Of a stretch of DNA of 64,000 nucleotides, positions 47,994 through 58,327 are shown piece by piece; the stretch's first letter is position 1; the number at the start of each line of letters is the position of its first letter. The notes beneath the pieces were generated by a model, which saw only the letters and a list, made by a program, of their open reading frames with translations, was not told the origin of the DNA and searched no databases. Origin of the DNA: Chloroflexus sp. (GTDB lineage: Bacteria > Chloroflexota > Chloroflexia > Chloroflexales > Chloroflexaceae); contig NZ_DAOTZQ010000001.1 in NCBI RefSeq assembly GCF_034434295.1, positions 31,903 through 95,902 of the forward strand, read 5' to 3'. Position numbers and translations under genes: made by a program.

Positions 47994-49403
47994 TCAATCT
48001 CCTGCATCGCCAACGGTCTCACTGCGGCTAGCCACCACCATCGCAGGCGTCGATTCGGTGCGACGTGCAACTGGAAGAGCGAATCGGCTGCGGCGTTTAC
48101 GAAGGCCATTCAACACGATCCCCAGACAGGCGATACCGGTCTGTTGCAGCAGCTCCAGCATTTGCCGCAGATCACCCTCAGTCGTTTGGCCGGATCGCAC
48201 GACGGCCAGTGTCGTATCCACTGCACGTAATAACAGGGTAGTATCGGCAAAGGTTAAGAGCGGGGCAGTATCGATGATGATGACCTCAGCACACTGACGC
48301 AGTCCGCCCAGTACCTTCTCCAGAGGCACCCCACCCAGCAACTGAGCCGGCAATCCCAACACATTACCCGCTGTCAATACGTAGAGATTTGCCTGTGCGG
48401 TAACCCGGAGAAATGGCTCAATAGCCTGCGCAGTACTGCTGAGCAGATTCGAGAGACCACCCTGATTTGGCAGGTCAAACAAGGTGTGCTGAATTGGATT
48501 GCGCAGATTCGCATCAACCAGGATCACGCGCCGTCCGGTTTGCGCCAGCGCTACCGCCAGGTTAGCCGCTGTCAGGCTTCGCCCTTCACCGGCTACTGCA
48601 CTGATAACTGCAATCACTTGCGGACGAACGTCGGCTGCCAGCGCATCAAGATGCAATCGAAACATGCGATATGCTTCGGCATCGAGCGATGCCGGTTCCC
48701 TGAGCGTCACCAATTGGGCTGCCGGCGTTGATCCTTTGAGCCTGCCAATGGTAGCCAGTGGCCGCCCACCACCACGCCGACCTAAATCGCCCTCATTGCT
48801 GATCCGGGTATTGAAATAATCGTAGAGAAAACCAATGACAAGTGCAATCAACACAGCAATAAAGGCGCTGAGGATGATGTTGCGGGTATAATCCGGGCTG
48901 ACCGGATTGCGTTTTGCATACGCCGGATCGACGACGATCAGGGTCGATGCCTGCGCGTAGGGATTATCGAGCAGATCACGCTCCAGAGCCTGGAACGAGG
49001 CAACAATCGCATCGGCCAGTTCAACAGCACGTTGCCGATTGGTATCACGCACCGAGAGGAGAAATAGCTCTGTCTTCCCAACTTCAGTTGTGCTGGTACG
49101 TGCCGCCAGTTGCGCAGGCGTCACTCCTTCAACCATTCCAGCCGCACGCTCCAGCACTGGCCGTACCAGCAGTAATTCACGGACTGTCAGTGCATACCGT
49201 TCACGTGCCCGGAGATCTTCCAGGGTTGGTGAAGGACGGGCAAAGATGCCCTGATCCTGGTTCACCATGAGCATTGTTGAAGCTTCGTAAAGGCGGGGCT
49301 GGGTCTGGGAATAGGCATAGCCTATACCGCTACCAGCAAGCGCAAACAGGATAATCAACCATGCCCAGCGCCAGATAAAGAGCAGGTAGTTTTTGAGTTC
49401 CAA
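47994..49403 (-). CDS. Wzz-type chain-length determinant fused to a BY-kinase-like P-loop domain with a non-canonical Walker A
   Basis: Two TM segments flank a periplasmic-type domain. The C-terminal domain has GEGRS (48576-48590) instead of GxGKS/T, Walker A' VILVDANLRNP and Walker B VIIIDTAP. I prefer TTG 49403 (LELKNYLLFIW...), preceded by GGAGGGG. The ORF-track ATG is 49526. Confidence 0.75.
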   Translation of the reverse strand: MELKNYLLFIWRWAWLIILFALAGSGIGYAYSQTQPRLYEASTMLMVNQDQGIFARPSPTLEDLRARERYALTVRELLLVRPVLERAAGMVEGVTPAQLAARTSTTEVGKTELFLLSVRDTNRQRAVELADAIVASFQALERDLLDNPYAQASTLIVVDPAYAKRNPVSPDYTRNIILSAFIAVLIALVIGFLYDYFNTRISNEGDLGRRGGGRPLATIGRLKGSTPAAQLVTLREPASLDAEAYRMFRLHLDALAADVRPQVIAVISAVAGEGRSLTAANLAVALAQTGRRVILVDANLRNPIQHTLFDLPNQGGLSNLLSSTAQAIEPFLRVTAQANLYVLTAGNVLGLPAQLLGGVPLEKVLGGLRQCAEVIIIDTAPLLTFADTTLLLRAVDTTLAVVRSGQTTEGDLRQMLELLQQTGIACLGIVLNGLRKRRSRFALPVARRTESTPAMVVASRSETVGDAGD

Positions 49404-49422
49404 GTGCCCCTCCACACGGTGC

Positions 49423-49594
49423 GTGCAAGAGACCTCTTGCACGTGCCAGATACAACGAAATCCCTCACGATCATCTGGTCTGTGGCGTGGAGCAATGTGT
49501 AACCGGGGAAACAGACCGTTTGACAATCATTATACAGAAGCCCTACCACATCGCACTGTAGTTGTAGCCGGAAAACGTGACAGTGAGATGTCAC
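49423..49594 (-). promoter_or_regulatory. structured intergenic spacer inside the glycan cluster (weak terminator-like hairpin, TATAAT, 5'-UTR hairpin)
   Basis: Minus strand reads GUGACA-ucucac-UGUCAC + GUUUUCC (49577-49594), TATAAT (49529-49534), and an 8-bp hairpin GTGCAAGA-gacc-TCTTGCAC (49423-49442) just upstream of the GGAGGGG RBS. Confidence 0.3.
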
Positions 49595-49621
49595 CTATAG
49601 AAGATCGTTATAACAAAACGT

Positions 49622-50926
49622 TCATCGTTGCAGGTGTACCGCAGGATCGGTGTGAGCTGGTATTGTAATTTGGTGATAGAGTTCAAGATAGCGCTGCGCC
49701 TGCAATTCCTGGCGGTATTCGGCCAGGGCAATCGCCCGACCCTGTCGACTCATCATCTGGCGCTCATCGGTGTTATCCAACAGGCGCTGCATTGCTGCTC
49801 GTAACGCTACCACATCACCAACCGGTGCCAGCCAGCCGGTTTGCCCGGGACGCACAAGCTCGCCGATGCCACCGGTATCAAAACCAACCACCGGCGTACC
49901 ACACGCCAACGCTTCTAACACTGTACTCGGCATATTGTCTTGCAACGAAGGAATGACAAAAAGATCAGCCGCACTATATACCAGGGCCAGTCTGGTATCT
50001 TCATCAATCACACCCAACGGCCGATGCGCTATTGGTGCAGCTATCGGCGGCGGATTACGCCCAATCGAAACCAACAGCAGATCTGGCTCATCACTCATTC
50101 CGGCCAGGGCCGCAGTTAGCTCGGCAAAGCCTTTGCGTCGGTTTGCCACCGAAACTGCTACAAAGAGGACGATCTTCGCTTGTTGAGGCAAACCCAGGGA
50201 TGCCCGGGCATACGCTTGATCGAAGGGGGCAAAAACGGTTGTGTCGAGACCATTGGGAATGATATGCACCGGTAAGTGACCAAATAGTGAACTACGCTGT
50301 ACTTCAGCCGCCATCCAGCGGTTGAGAGCGACGATATGCAGACGTCCAGGCGGCACGGCGGCTAACGCGGTGCGCTTGCGCCGCCAGATTTGATGCGAGA
50401 GATCATGGTCGTTGTGCGATCCGAGTTGTGGACAGGCACCACAGGCCGCCGTATAGCGCTCACACCCCTCGTTATAATGACATCCACCGGTGAACGGCTG
50501 CTGATCAGATAGTCGCCATACCACCGGCACCCGCCGGGGCACGGTGCGAAAGAAGCTGGTATAGTCAACCAAACCGGCTACCCAATGCAAATTGATGACG
50601 TCACACGGCGGCAGCGCCTGCACCAGCTCCGCCCCGTAGCGACTGCGATCATCACTGAATGGTTCCAGACCAGACGGTCGGGTCTGGAGGTATGGCTTCA
50701 TCGCCTGCCGGATGCGCCAGCCCCGCCAGCGCCGTTGCCAGCGACGGATAACACTCACGGCAGCAGGTAAAGTCTGTACGGTCGGATCATCACTACGTCG
50801 GTTTGCCACCAGCATCTGTGACCGACAGCCCGCTGCAAGTAAGGCCCGATGAAGACGATAGGCTGCTCTGGCCGCACCGCCACTTATATCGTTGGTGCTG
50901 AGATGAACCACGTCCATATCCGTCAC
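49622..50926 (-). CDS. glycosyltransferase family 4
   Basis: 434 aa GT-B sequence (VVHLSTNDISGGAARAAYRLH..., C-terminal E..LEALACGTPVVG). ATGA overlap with the upstream gene. Confidence 0.85.
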   Translation of the reverse strand: MTDMDVVHLSTNDISGGAARAAYRLHRALLAAGCRSQMLVANRRSDDPTVQTLPAAVSVIRRWQRRWRGWRIRQAMKPYLQTRPSGLEPFSDDRSRYGAELVQALPPCDVINLHWVAGLVDYTSFFRTVPRRVPVVWRLSDQQPFTGGCHYNEGCERYTAACGACPQLGSHNDHDLSHQIWRRKRTALAAVPPGRLHIVALNRWMAAEVQRSSLFGHLPVHIIPNGLDTTVFAPFDQAYARASLGLPQQAKIVLFVAVSVANRRKGFAELTAALAGMSDEPDLLLVSIGRNPPPIAAPIAHRPLGVIDEDTRLALVYSAADLFVIPSLQDNMPSTVLEALACGTPVVGFDTGGIGELVRPGQTGWLAPVGDVVALRAAMQRLLDNTDERQMMSRQGRAIALAEYRQELQAQRYLELYHQITIPAHTDPAVHLQR

Positions 50927-51903
50927 CGTGCCGGTAAACGTCGGCGAGCCAGCGTCCCCACTGCCGGTAATGAGTAGAGCATTTCAGGCAGTGCTCGCCG
51001 GTAGTATGCCGGGATAAACGGTAGAGCAAAACCAGCTTTCAGCCAGTCAATGTATCGTTCCCGCCCACGGTAAATCTGTCGCCAACGTCCGTAGTACGTT
51101 GTCCAGATCACGCGCGTAATGGCATCACGACAGACAGCCCATTCGTGCGGATGTTGGCGGGCGTATGCACGCAACACCGGATGCTGATGCAGAAACATTA
51201 GAAACTGCCGTGATGCCCGTGCCAGGCTGGATACACTCACCGATTTGCCAAAACTGGTGTCGTAGATGCGATGGCGAAACACCGCTTCATCGCAGTAGAC
51301 AATGCTGCGATCAATGCTGAGGACAACGAGGAGAGCGTTATCTACCCCATTACCACCATCGAAATCGGGGTATCCCCCAACTACCCGCAGATCGGCGGTA
51401 CGCGCCAGATTGGTGGTAAAGCAGACAAATTTGTGTTGGTTATTACCCCAGCGCCGGATCCAATCAGGGCCACGCATCACCCGCGGCGGCAACGGTCGGT
51501 CGGCAGTCGAAGCCACGACCCGGTTCTGTTCATCGAGTACTTCAACCCGTGAAATGGCAGCGGCTGCCCCGGCCTGCGACTCCAGGGCTGCCACCATCGC
51601 TGTTAGATAACCCGGGGCCAGTTCATCATCATCACTCAGCAGGACAAAATAATCACCGCTGGCGGCGGCCAGCAACTGATTGAAGTGCGGCACAATCGGC
51701 ACCGACGTCGGGTTCTGACGAAACACAAAGGGGCGCGGATAATGCTCACGCACCAGATTCAGCACGGCATCACCATTACAGCCATTATCGGAAACAATCA
51801 ACTCGATAGCCGGATAGTCCTGATCGGCTACTGATCGGATGGCCTGGGCGACGTAGGTTAGTCGCTTGTAAACCGGGATTGCCACCGTTACCGTCGCTAC
51901 CAT
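50923..51903 (-). CDS. glycosyltransferase family 2
   Basis: VTVAIPVYKRLTYVAQAIRSVADQDYPAIELIVSDNGCNGD and SDDDEL (DxD). Confidence 0.85.
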   Translation of the reverse strand: MVATVTVAIPVYKRLTYVAQAIRSVADQDYPAIELIVSDNGCNGDAVLNLVREHYPRPFVFRQNPTSVPIVPHFNQLLAAASGDYFVLLSDDDELAPGYLTAMVAALESQAGAAAAISRVEVLDEQNRVVASTADRPLPPRVMRGPDWIRRWGNNQHKFVCFTTNLARTADLRVVGGYPDFDGGNGVDNALLVVLSIDRSIVYCDEAVFRHRIYDTSFGKSVSVSSLARASRQFLMFLHQHPVLRAYARQHPHEWAVCRDAITRVIWTTYYGRWRQIYRGRERYIDWLKAGFALPFIPAYYRRALPEMLYSLPAVGTLARRRLPAR

Positions 51904-51906
51904 TGT

Positions 51907-52596
51907 TCACCTCGCACGTTCCACATCCTGCTCAGTTCGCTCGCGCACAATACGCGCCGGAATACCAGCGGCAATTACCCCTGCCGGCAGACTGCGGGTT
52001 ACGACACTCCCGGCCCCCACCACCGTTCCACTACCAATTGTGACCCCCGACAGCACCACAACCCCGTAACCCAACCAGACATCATCTTCCAGCACGATAG
52101 GCCCCTTGCTGGTAAGAGGCTGGCTCCCTATCGGCTGACCGGGAGCTGTACCGTGGTCGTAGGGGTAGAATGCACATTGCGGTGCAATCTGACAACCTCG
52201 CCCGATGACAATCTGTTCAACATACGCCGATAGTTGACAGCGGGGCTGTATACCGGTTCGTTCGCCAATACGCAAGCTACCACCACGACCACATTCGATG
52301 ATCGTATCGCGGTGGAGTTCTACGTAATCATCCAGATCAATCTGGTCGCCATCCTGACGCTGATAGATCACAACGCCATCACCAACGAAGACATGCCGTC
52401 CTCGGCGGATACGACGACCACTCAGTTGAGCCGATGGCGCAATGTAGCCCTGTGGATAGCGATGAGCGAGCGCAACCCGTGCTTTGTAAGGAGCGTGCGG
52501 CCACGCTGCCAGCCACGTCGCCACTTTCCCCCAGCGCCCAGGGCCAGCCTGTCGCATCCACCAGTCAGTCCAGAGCCGTATCAGTCGTTGTCGCAT
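51907..52596 (-). CDS. hexapeptide-repeat (LbH) acyl/acetyltransferase
   Basis: C-terminal hexapeptide repeats (VWLGYGVVVLSGVTIGSGTVVGAGSVV). The start is placed at ATG 52596 (MRQRLIRLW...), preceded by GGGAGAAG. The ORF-track start at 52827 overlaps the sulfotransferase gene by 190 nt. Confidence 0.8.
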   Translation of the reverse strand: MRQRLIRLWTDWWMRQAGPGRWGKVATWLAAWPHAPYKARVALAHRYPQGYIAPSAQLSGRRIRRGRHVFVGDGVVIYQRQDGDQIDLDDYVELHRDTIIECGRGGSLRIGERTGIQPRCQLSAYVEQIVIGRGCQIAPQCAFYPYDHGTAPGQPIGSQPLTSKGPIVLEDDVWLGYGVVVLSGVTIGSGTVVGAGSVVTRSLPAGVIAAGIPARIVRERTEQDVERAR

Positions 52597-52610
52597 AACG
52601 ACTTCTCCCG

Positions 52611-52650
52611 TGATATTCAGGCCGCTCGATTGATATTCAGGCCGCTCGAT
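52611..52650. repeat. perfect 20-bp tandem duplication (tgatattcaggccgctcgat x2)
   Basis: Read directly: 52611-52630 equals 52631-52650. The second copy contains the sulfotransferase stop codon (52637-52639). Confidence 0.95.
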
Positions 52651-53419
52651 CACCATAACCGGCAGCCAGCATACCCGCACGATGGCATTGCCAGAACAGA
52701 TCTTCATCGGCGGGTGAGAATAGATTGCGCCAGTCACCAGATCCACCTTTGCGCACAAAGAATGGCGTTGCAGCGCCATTGGCAGCCTGTTCCTTTGCGC
52801 GCATGCGCTCGAACGACGAGGCGGCAACCGCTGCCGCGATCTGGTCGTCAGTGGCCTGAATCTGGCAGAAATCGAGGATACGGCGCACCTGTGCGGGCGT
52901 ATCAGCGTAGAGATCTTCGTACTTCACCACCAGCAACTCGGCGTCGCTGTTCAGCCACCCCAACACGTGATCCGACCAGCGTCCCCAGTAGATGTCACCC
53001 ACAATGATCTCGCGCAAACTTACCGGCTTATCCGACCGCCGGTTGCGCCAGTGATAGTACGATGTCATCGCATCACGACCATCGCGCACGATGTAGATGG
53101 CCCGCCGAAACACCGGTCGGTAGTGCAGATGGGTCTTCACAAACCGCGGGCGCATCTGGTTAAAGGGGGTTGTTGGATCGGCCATGTAGACCAGATCGCC
53201 TTTGATATGGCTGTCTGGAACGTAGCGACCAAAGCCCTGGAGTCCTAATTCCTGGCCGGCCAGTAGGTTGGCCAGCAAAAACCGCACCCAGGTATTCCCC
53301 GACTTGGGGAACGAGGCCAGATAGTAAAAATCGGGTTGCGGTTTAAAACCTAAATCGGCATGTGGGCCTTTCAACCATCGCCGTAGTGTGCGTCGGGCTT
53401 GTACGAAGACATCTCTCAT
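52637..53419 (-). CDS. PAPS-dependent sulfotransferase
   Basis: 5'-PSB loop SFPKSGNTWVRFLLANLL and 3'-PB-type IYIVRDGRDAMTSYYHW; 260 aa. Confidence 0.85.
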   Translation of the reverse strand: MRDVFVQARRTLRRWLKGPHADLGFKPQPDFYYLASFPKSGNTWVRFLLANLLAGQELGLQGFGRYVPDSHIKGDLVYMADPTTPFNQMRPRFVKTHLHYRPVFRRAIYIVRDGRDAMTSYYHWRNRRSDKPVSLREIIVGDIYWGRWSDHVLGWLNSDAELLVVKYEDLYADTPAQVRRILDFCQIQATDDQIAAAVAASSFERMRAKEQAANGAATPFFVRKGGSGDWRNLFSPADEDLFWQCHRAGMLAAGYGDRAA

Positions 53420-55180
<1,761 letters not shown>

Positions 55181-55189
55181 TCACAATTA

Positions 55190-55921
55190 TTACAATGCCG
55201 GACGAAACCAGGGCACCCGCACTGGTGTTCCGGCACGGATCAACTCGGGCACTGTGACAAAGCGATAGGTACGTTGCAATTCGGGTAAGGCCATAGCCAG
55301 TGCCGACACCAGACTGGTACGGTCGGCAGCCTGGGGATCACGTGGATTCGCCAATCGGTCATGAAGTAAGACAATACTCCCAGGTCGCACCTGCTCTACC
55401 AACCGTGCAGCCAGTTGCGCGGCCGGTTGCGCAAGCCAGTCTTCAATATGAAATGTCCAGCCCACAACTTCACACCCGAACAGGAAGGCATCGAAGCGTG
55501 AACCGTAAGATTGCCCGCCATAGGGTGGGCGAAATAAACGTACCCGGTACGGTGCGAGTACCTGCTGCGTCCGCCACAATTCACGCCAGCGTTGCCAGCG
55601 CCGGGTTTGCGGCATACGAATATGACTGAAGGTGTGGTTCCCAATCGCGTGACCGGTGGCTACCATTCGTGCCACCAGATCACGCTGATCGACAGCGTGT
55701 TGGCCTAACAGAAAAAAGGTTGCCCGAAGCTTATACTGTTCACACAGATTGAGAATCTGCGGCGTAAAGACAGGATGTGGCCCATCATCGAAGGTTAACG
55801 CGACCAGCGGTTCAGTCGTCTCTACCCGCACCAGCGTCCCGAAGAGACGCCGACCGATTGGGGCGAACCAGCGCCGGAGCTGCCGGCCAGACCCGTATGT
55901 GACAAAAGATCGAGGACTCAC
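55190..55921 (-). CDS. polysaccharide deacetylase (NodB homology domain, CE4)
   Basis: LTFDDGPHP motif 1, HAIGNHTFSH motif 2, and RPPYG motif 3. Confidence 0.88.
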   Translation of the reverse strand: MSPRSFVTYGSGRQLRRWFAPIGRRLFGTLVRVETTEPLVALTFDDGPHPVFTPQILNLCEQYKLRATFFLLGQHAVDQRDLVARMVATGHAIGNHTFSHIRMPQTRRWQRWRELWRTQQVLAPYRVRLFRPPYGGQSYGSRFDAFLFGCEVVGWTFHIEDWLAQPAAQLAARLVEQVRPGSIVLLHDRLANPRDPQAADRTSLVSALAMALPELQRTYRFVTVPELIRAGTPVRVPWFRPAL

Positions 55922-55969
55922 AGCAGCCTTTCACGCACTGACTAGTGAACAGCGAAACGATTCTCACAC

Positions 55970-56887
55970 CTAAATCGCCAGCGGCGGGCAGCGGTATTGC
56001 AGACTGCCCTGTAACAAACCGATCAACCAGGCATTCATGCGCAACCATTCGGCGAAATGTTCACGTTGTCGAATCCGAACAACCCGCCCTACCTGACGCA
56101 ACCAGCGCCGCGCATACGAGAGCCAGGGTGAAAGTGATCGGCGTGGTGTGTCCGCCAGATGACTGTAGCGACGGGCCAGGGCTACATTGGCAATTGCCCG
56201 TTCCCTGGTCTGACGCAGCATACCGGTCAGCGTATCGCGATAACGCACGTAGACGAGGGCATCCGGCACAAACGTCAGTGGCACCTGGCATTGCAATTGC
56301 ACCCGAAAACAGTAGTCGGTGTCCATCAGACGCGACAGGGTCTCATCAAAACCACCGATCTGATCGTGTAGGGTGCGTTCGATTGCCAGTCCCGAACCAC
56401 CGGCGTGGGGCAGATATGGTGGATAGCTCACCCGCTGCAAGCCATCGGCCTGTGGGTTGCGCCGTGTTCGGCTCAGCCACGATTGATGATTCAGACGTTC
56501 GATATCAAATCGAGAAGCAACAAAGGGAAAGGTATCAAGTGCCCGGCCAATTGCTGCTACCCAGTCCGGTGCCACCACATCATCTGCATCGACGAAAGCC
56601 AGTGCCGTGCCACGTGCATGGCGTGCGCCCTCATTGCGGGCAAACGCTCCGCCACGCCGGGCACCAGCATCGATAATACGCAGATTCGGTATACGTACCA
56701 GAAAATCCGCCGCTACTCGTCGTGATTCGTCGCGTGAACCGTTATCAGCGACGATCACTTCCCAGGGTCGATCCCATCGCTGGCTTGCGAGCGCCGCCAA
56801 TTGTTCACCCAGTGTTGTTGCCGCGTTGTAGCACGGAATGATGATACTGAGACGCACTTCACGCTGCACGGTCTCCCTCCTCGTCAC
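55970..56887 (-). CDS. glycosyltransferase family 2
   Basis: LSIIIPCYNAATTLGEQLAALASQRWDRPWEVIVADNGSRDES and DADD. Confidence 0.85.
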   Translation of the reverse strand: MTRRETVQREVRLSIIIPCYNAATTLGEQLAALASQRWDRPWEVIVADNGSRDESRRVAADFLVRIPNLRIIDAGARRGGAFARNEGARHARGTALAFVDADDVVAPDWVAAIGRALDTFPFVASRFDIERLNHQSWLSRTRRNPQADGLQRVSYPPYLPHAGGSGLAIERTLHDQIGGFDETLSRLMDTDYCFRVQLQCQVPLTFVPDALVYVRYRDTLTGMLRQTRERAIANVALARRYSHLADTPRRSLSPWLSYARRWLRQVGRVVRIRQREHFAEWLRMNAWLIGLLQGSLQYRCPPLAI

Positions 56888-56959
56888 TCCCCATCGTTCC
56901 GTACTACCGTTATGCCAACACCGGGTGAATCAATGATGATTGGCATACCGATGTTCAGG

Positions 56960-58282
56960 CTACAATACTGTAATCTTTGCCCGTAAATCACCCTGAATAT
57001 TTCGGGTTGCGTTGCGTGTATCCACGATTGCCGGAGCCAGCGTCACGATCCGGTCGTAGTCAAACGCCCGATGATTGGTGATAATGACCGCGCAATCGCA
57101 CTGACGGAGCAACTCGTCAGTTAATGGCACTGTTTGCATACACCGACCATCGTGCAGCTCAAATTTGGTAATATGCGGATCGCAGGGAATCACTGTTGCG
57201 CCGTCGGCAGTCAGCAGATCGTAGACCTTAAATGCCGGTGATTCGCGATAATCATCGACATCCGGTTTGTAGGCAATCCCAAGCAGCAGAATAGTACTCC
57301 CGTTCAGCGGCTTACGGGCACGATTAAGCGCCCGTACAACCAGATCATGAACATGCCGTGGCATTTGACTGTTGATTTCACCGGCCAGCTCAATAAACCG
57401 GGTCGTCAGATCATACGCCCGCGCCTTCCACGTCAGGTAGAACGGATCGATGGGAATACAGTGACCACCCAACCCAGGCCCAGGGGTAAACTTCATAAAG
57501 CCGTAGGGCTTGGTCGCAGCGGCATCGATCACTTCCCAGACATCAATGCTCATTCGGTCGCAGAGCAACGCCAGTTCGTTGACCAACGCAATATTGACGG
57601 CGCGAAAGATATTCTCAAACAACTTCGTTAGCTCGGCAACATCTGGTGAGCTAACCGGCACCACCCGACTGGTGATATAGCCGTAGAAGGCACCGGCCAG
57701 TTCAGTGCAGTGTGGTGTCACTCCACCCACCACCTTCGGCGTATTCTCAACACTGTAGCCCTTGCTACTCGTCTGACCAGGATCGATGCGTTCGGGTGAG
57801 AACGCCAGAAAAATCTGTTCACCAACCTTCAAGCCTGAACGCTCGATCCGGGGCATAATCAGCTCGCGGGTGGTACCAGGGTAAGTAGTACTCTCCAGGA
57901 TCACCAGTTGACCGGACCGAATGCTGGCAGCGACATCTTCACTCGCCGCCTCGACATAGCGCATATCCGGCTCGCGCGTTGCGTTGAGCGGGGTAGGAAC
58001 GCAGATGACCAAAATATCACATTCGGCCATCCGATGGACATCGGTTGTCGCCTCAATCCGGCCCGCTTCGCGAAGCGTCGCTAACGCATCACTGGATACG
58101 TCGCCAATGTAGCTCTCGCCGCGATTGACCTGCGCAACACGCATTGGACTGACATCAAAACCAAGCACAGAAAACCCAACCCGCCCGGCACGCTCGGCGA
58201 GCGGCAAGCCGACATACCCTAATCCAATGACACCGACTTTCGCAGTGCGGCCGTGGATGCGATTCATCAATTCGTGGAACAT
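56960..58282 (-). CDS. nucleotide-sugar 6-dehydrogenase (UDP-glucose/GDP-mannose dehydrogenase family, UDP-N-acetylhexosamine dehydrogenase-like)
   Basis: N-terminal VGVIGLGYVGLPLA Rossmann motif, catalytic-region GLGGHCIPIDP, and 440 aa. Confidence 0.88.
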   Translation of the reverse strand: MFHELMNRIHGRTAKVGVIGLGYVGLPLAERAGRVGFSVLGFDVSPMRVAQVNRGESYIGDVSSDALATLREAGRIEATTDVHRMAECDILVICVPTPLNATREPDMRYVEAASEDVAASIRSGQLVILESTTYPGTTRELIMPRIERSGLKVGEQIFLAFSPERIDPGQTSSKGYSVENTPKVVGGVTPHCTELAGAFYGYITSRVVPVSSPDVAELTKLFENIFRAVNIALVNELALLCDRMSIDVWEVIDAAATKPYGFMKFTPGPGLGGHCIPIDPFYLTWKARAYDLTTRFIELAGEINSQMPRHVHDLVVRALNRARKPLNGSTILLLGIAYKPDVDDYRESPAFKVYDLLTADGATVIPCDPHITKFELHDGRCMQTVPLTDELLRQCDCAVIITNHRAFDYDRIVTLAPAIVDTRNATRNIQGDLRAKITVL

Positions 58283-58327
58283 GATGGTACAGACTCCGTG
58301 TTATCTGTTGAGAAGCTCAATCTGACA

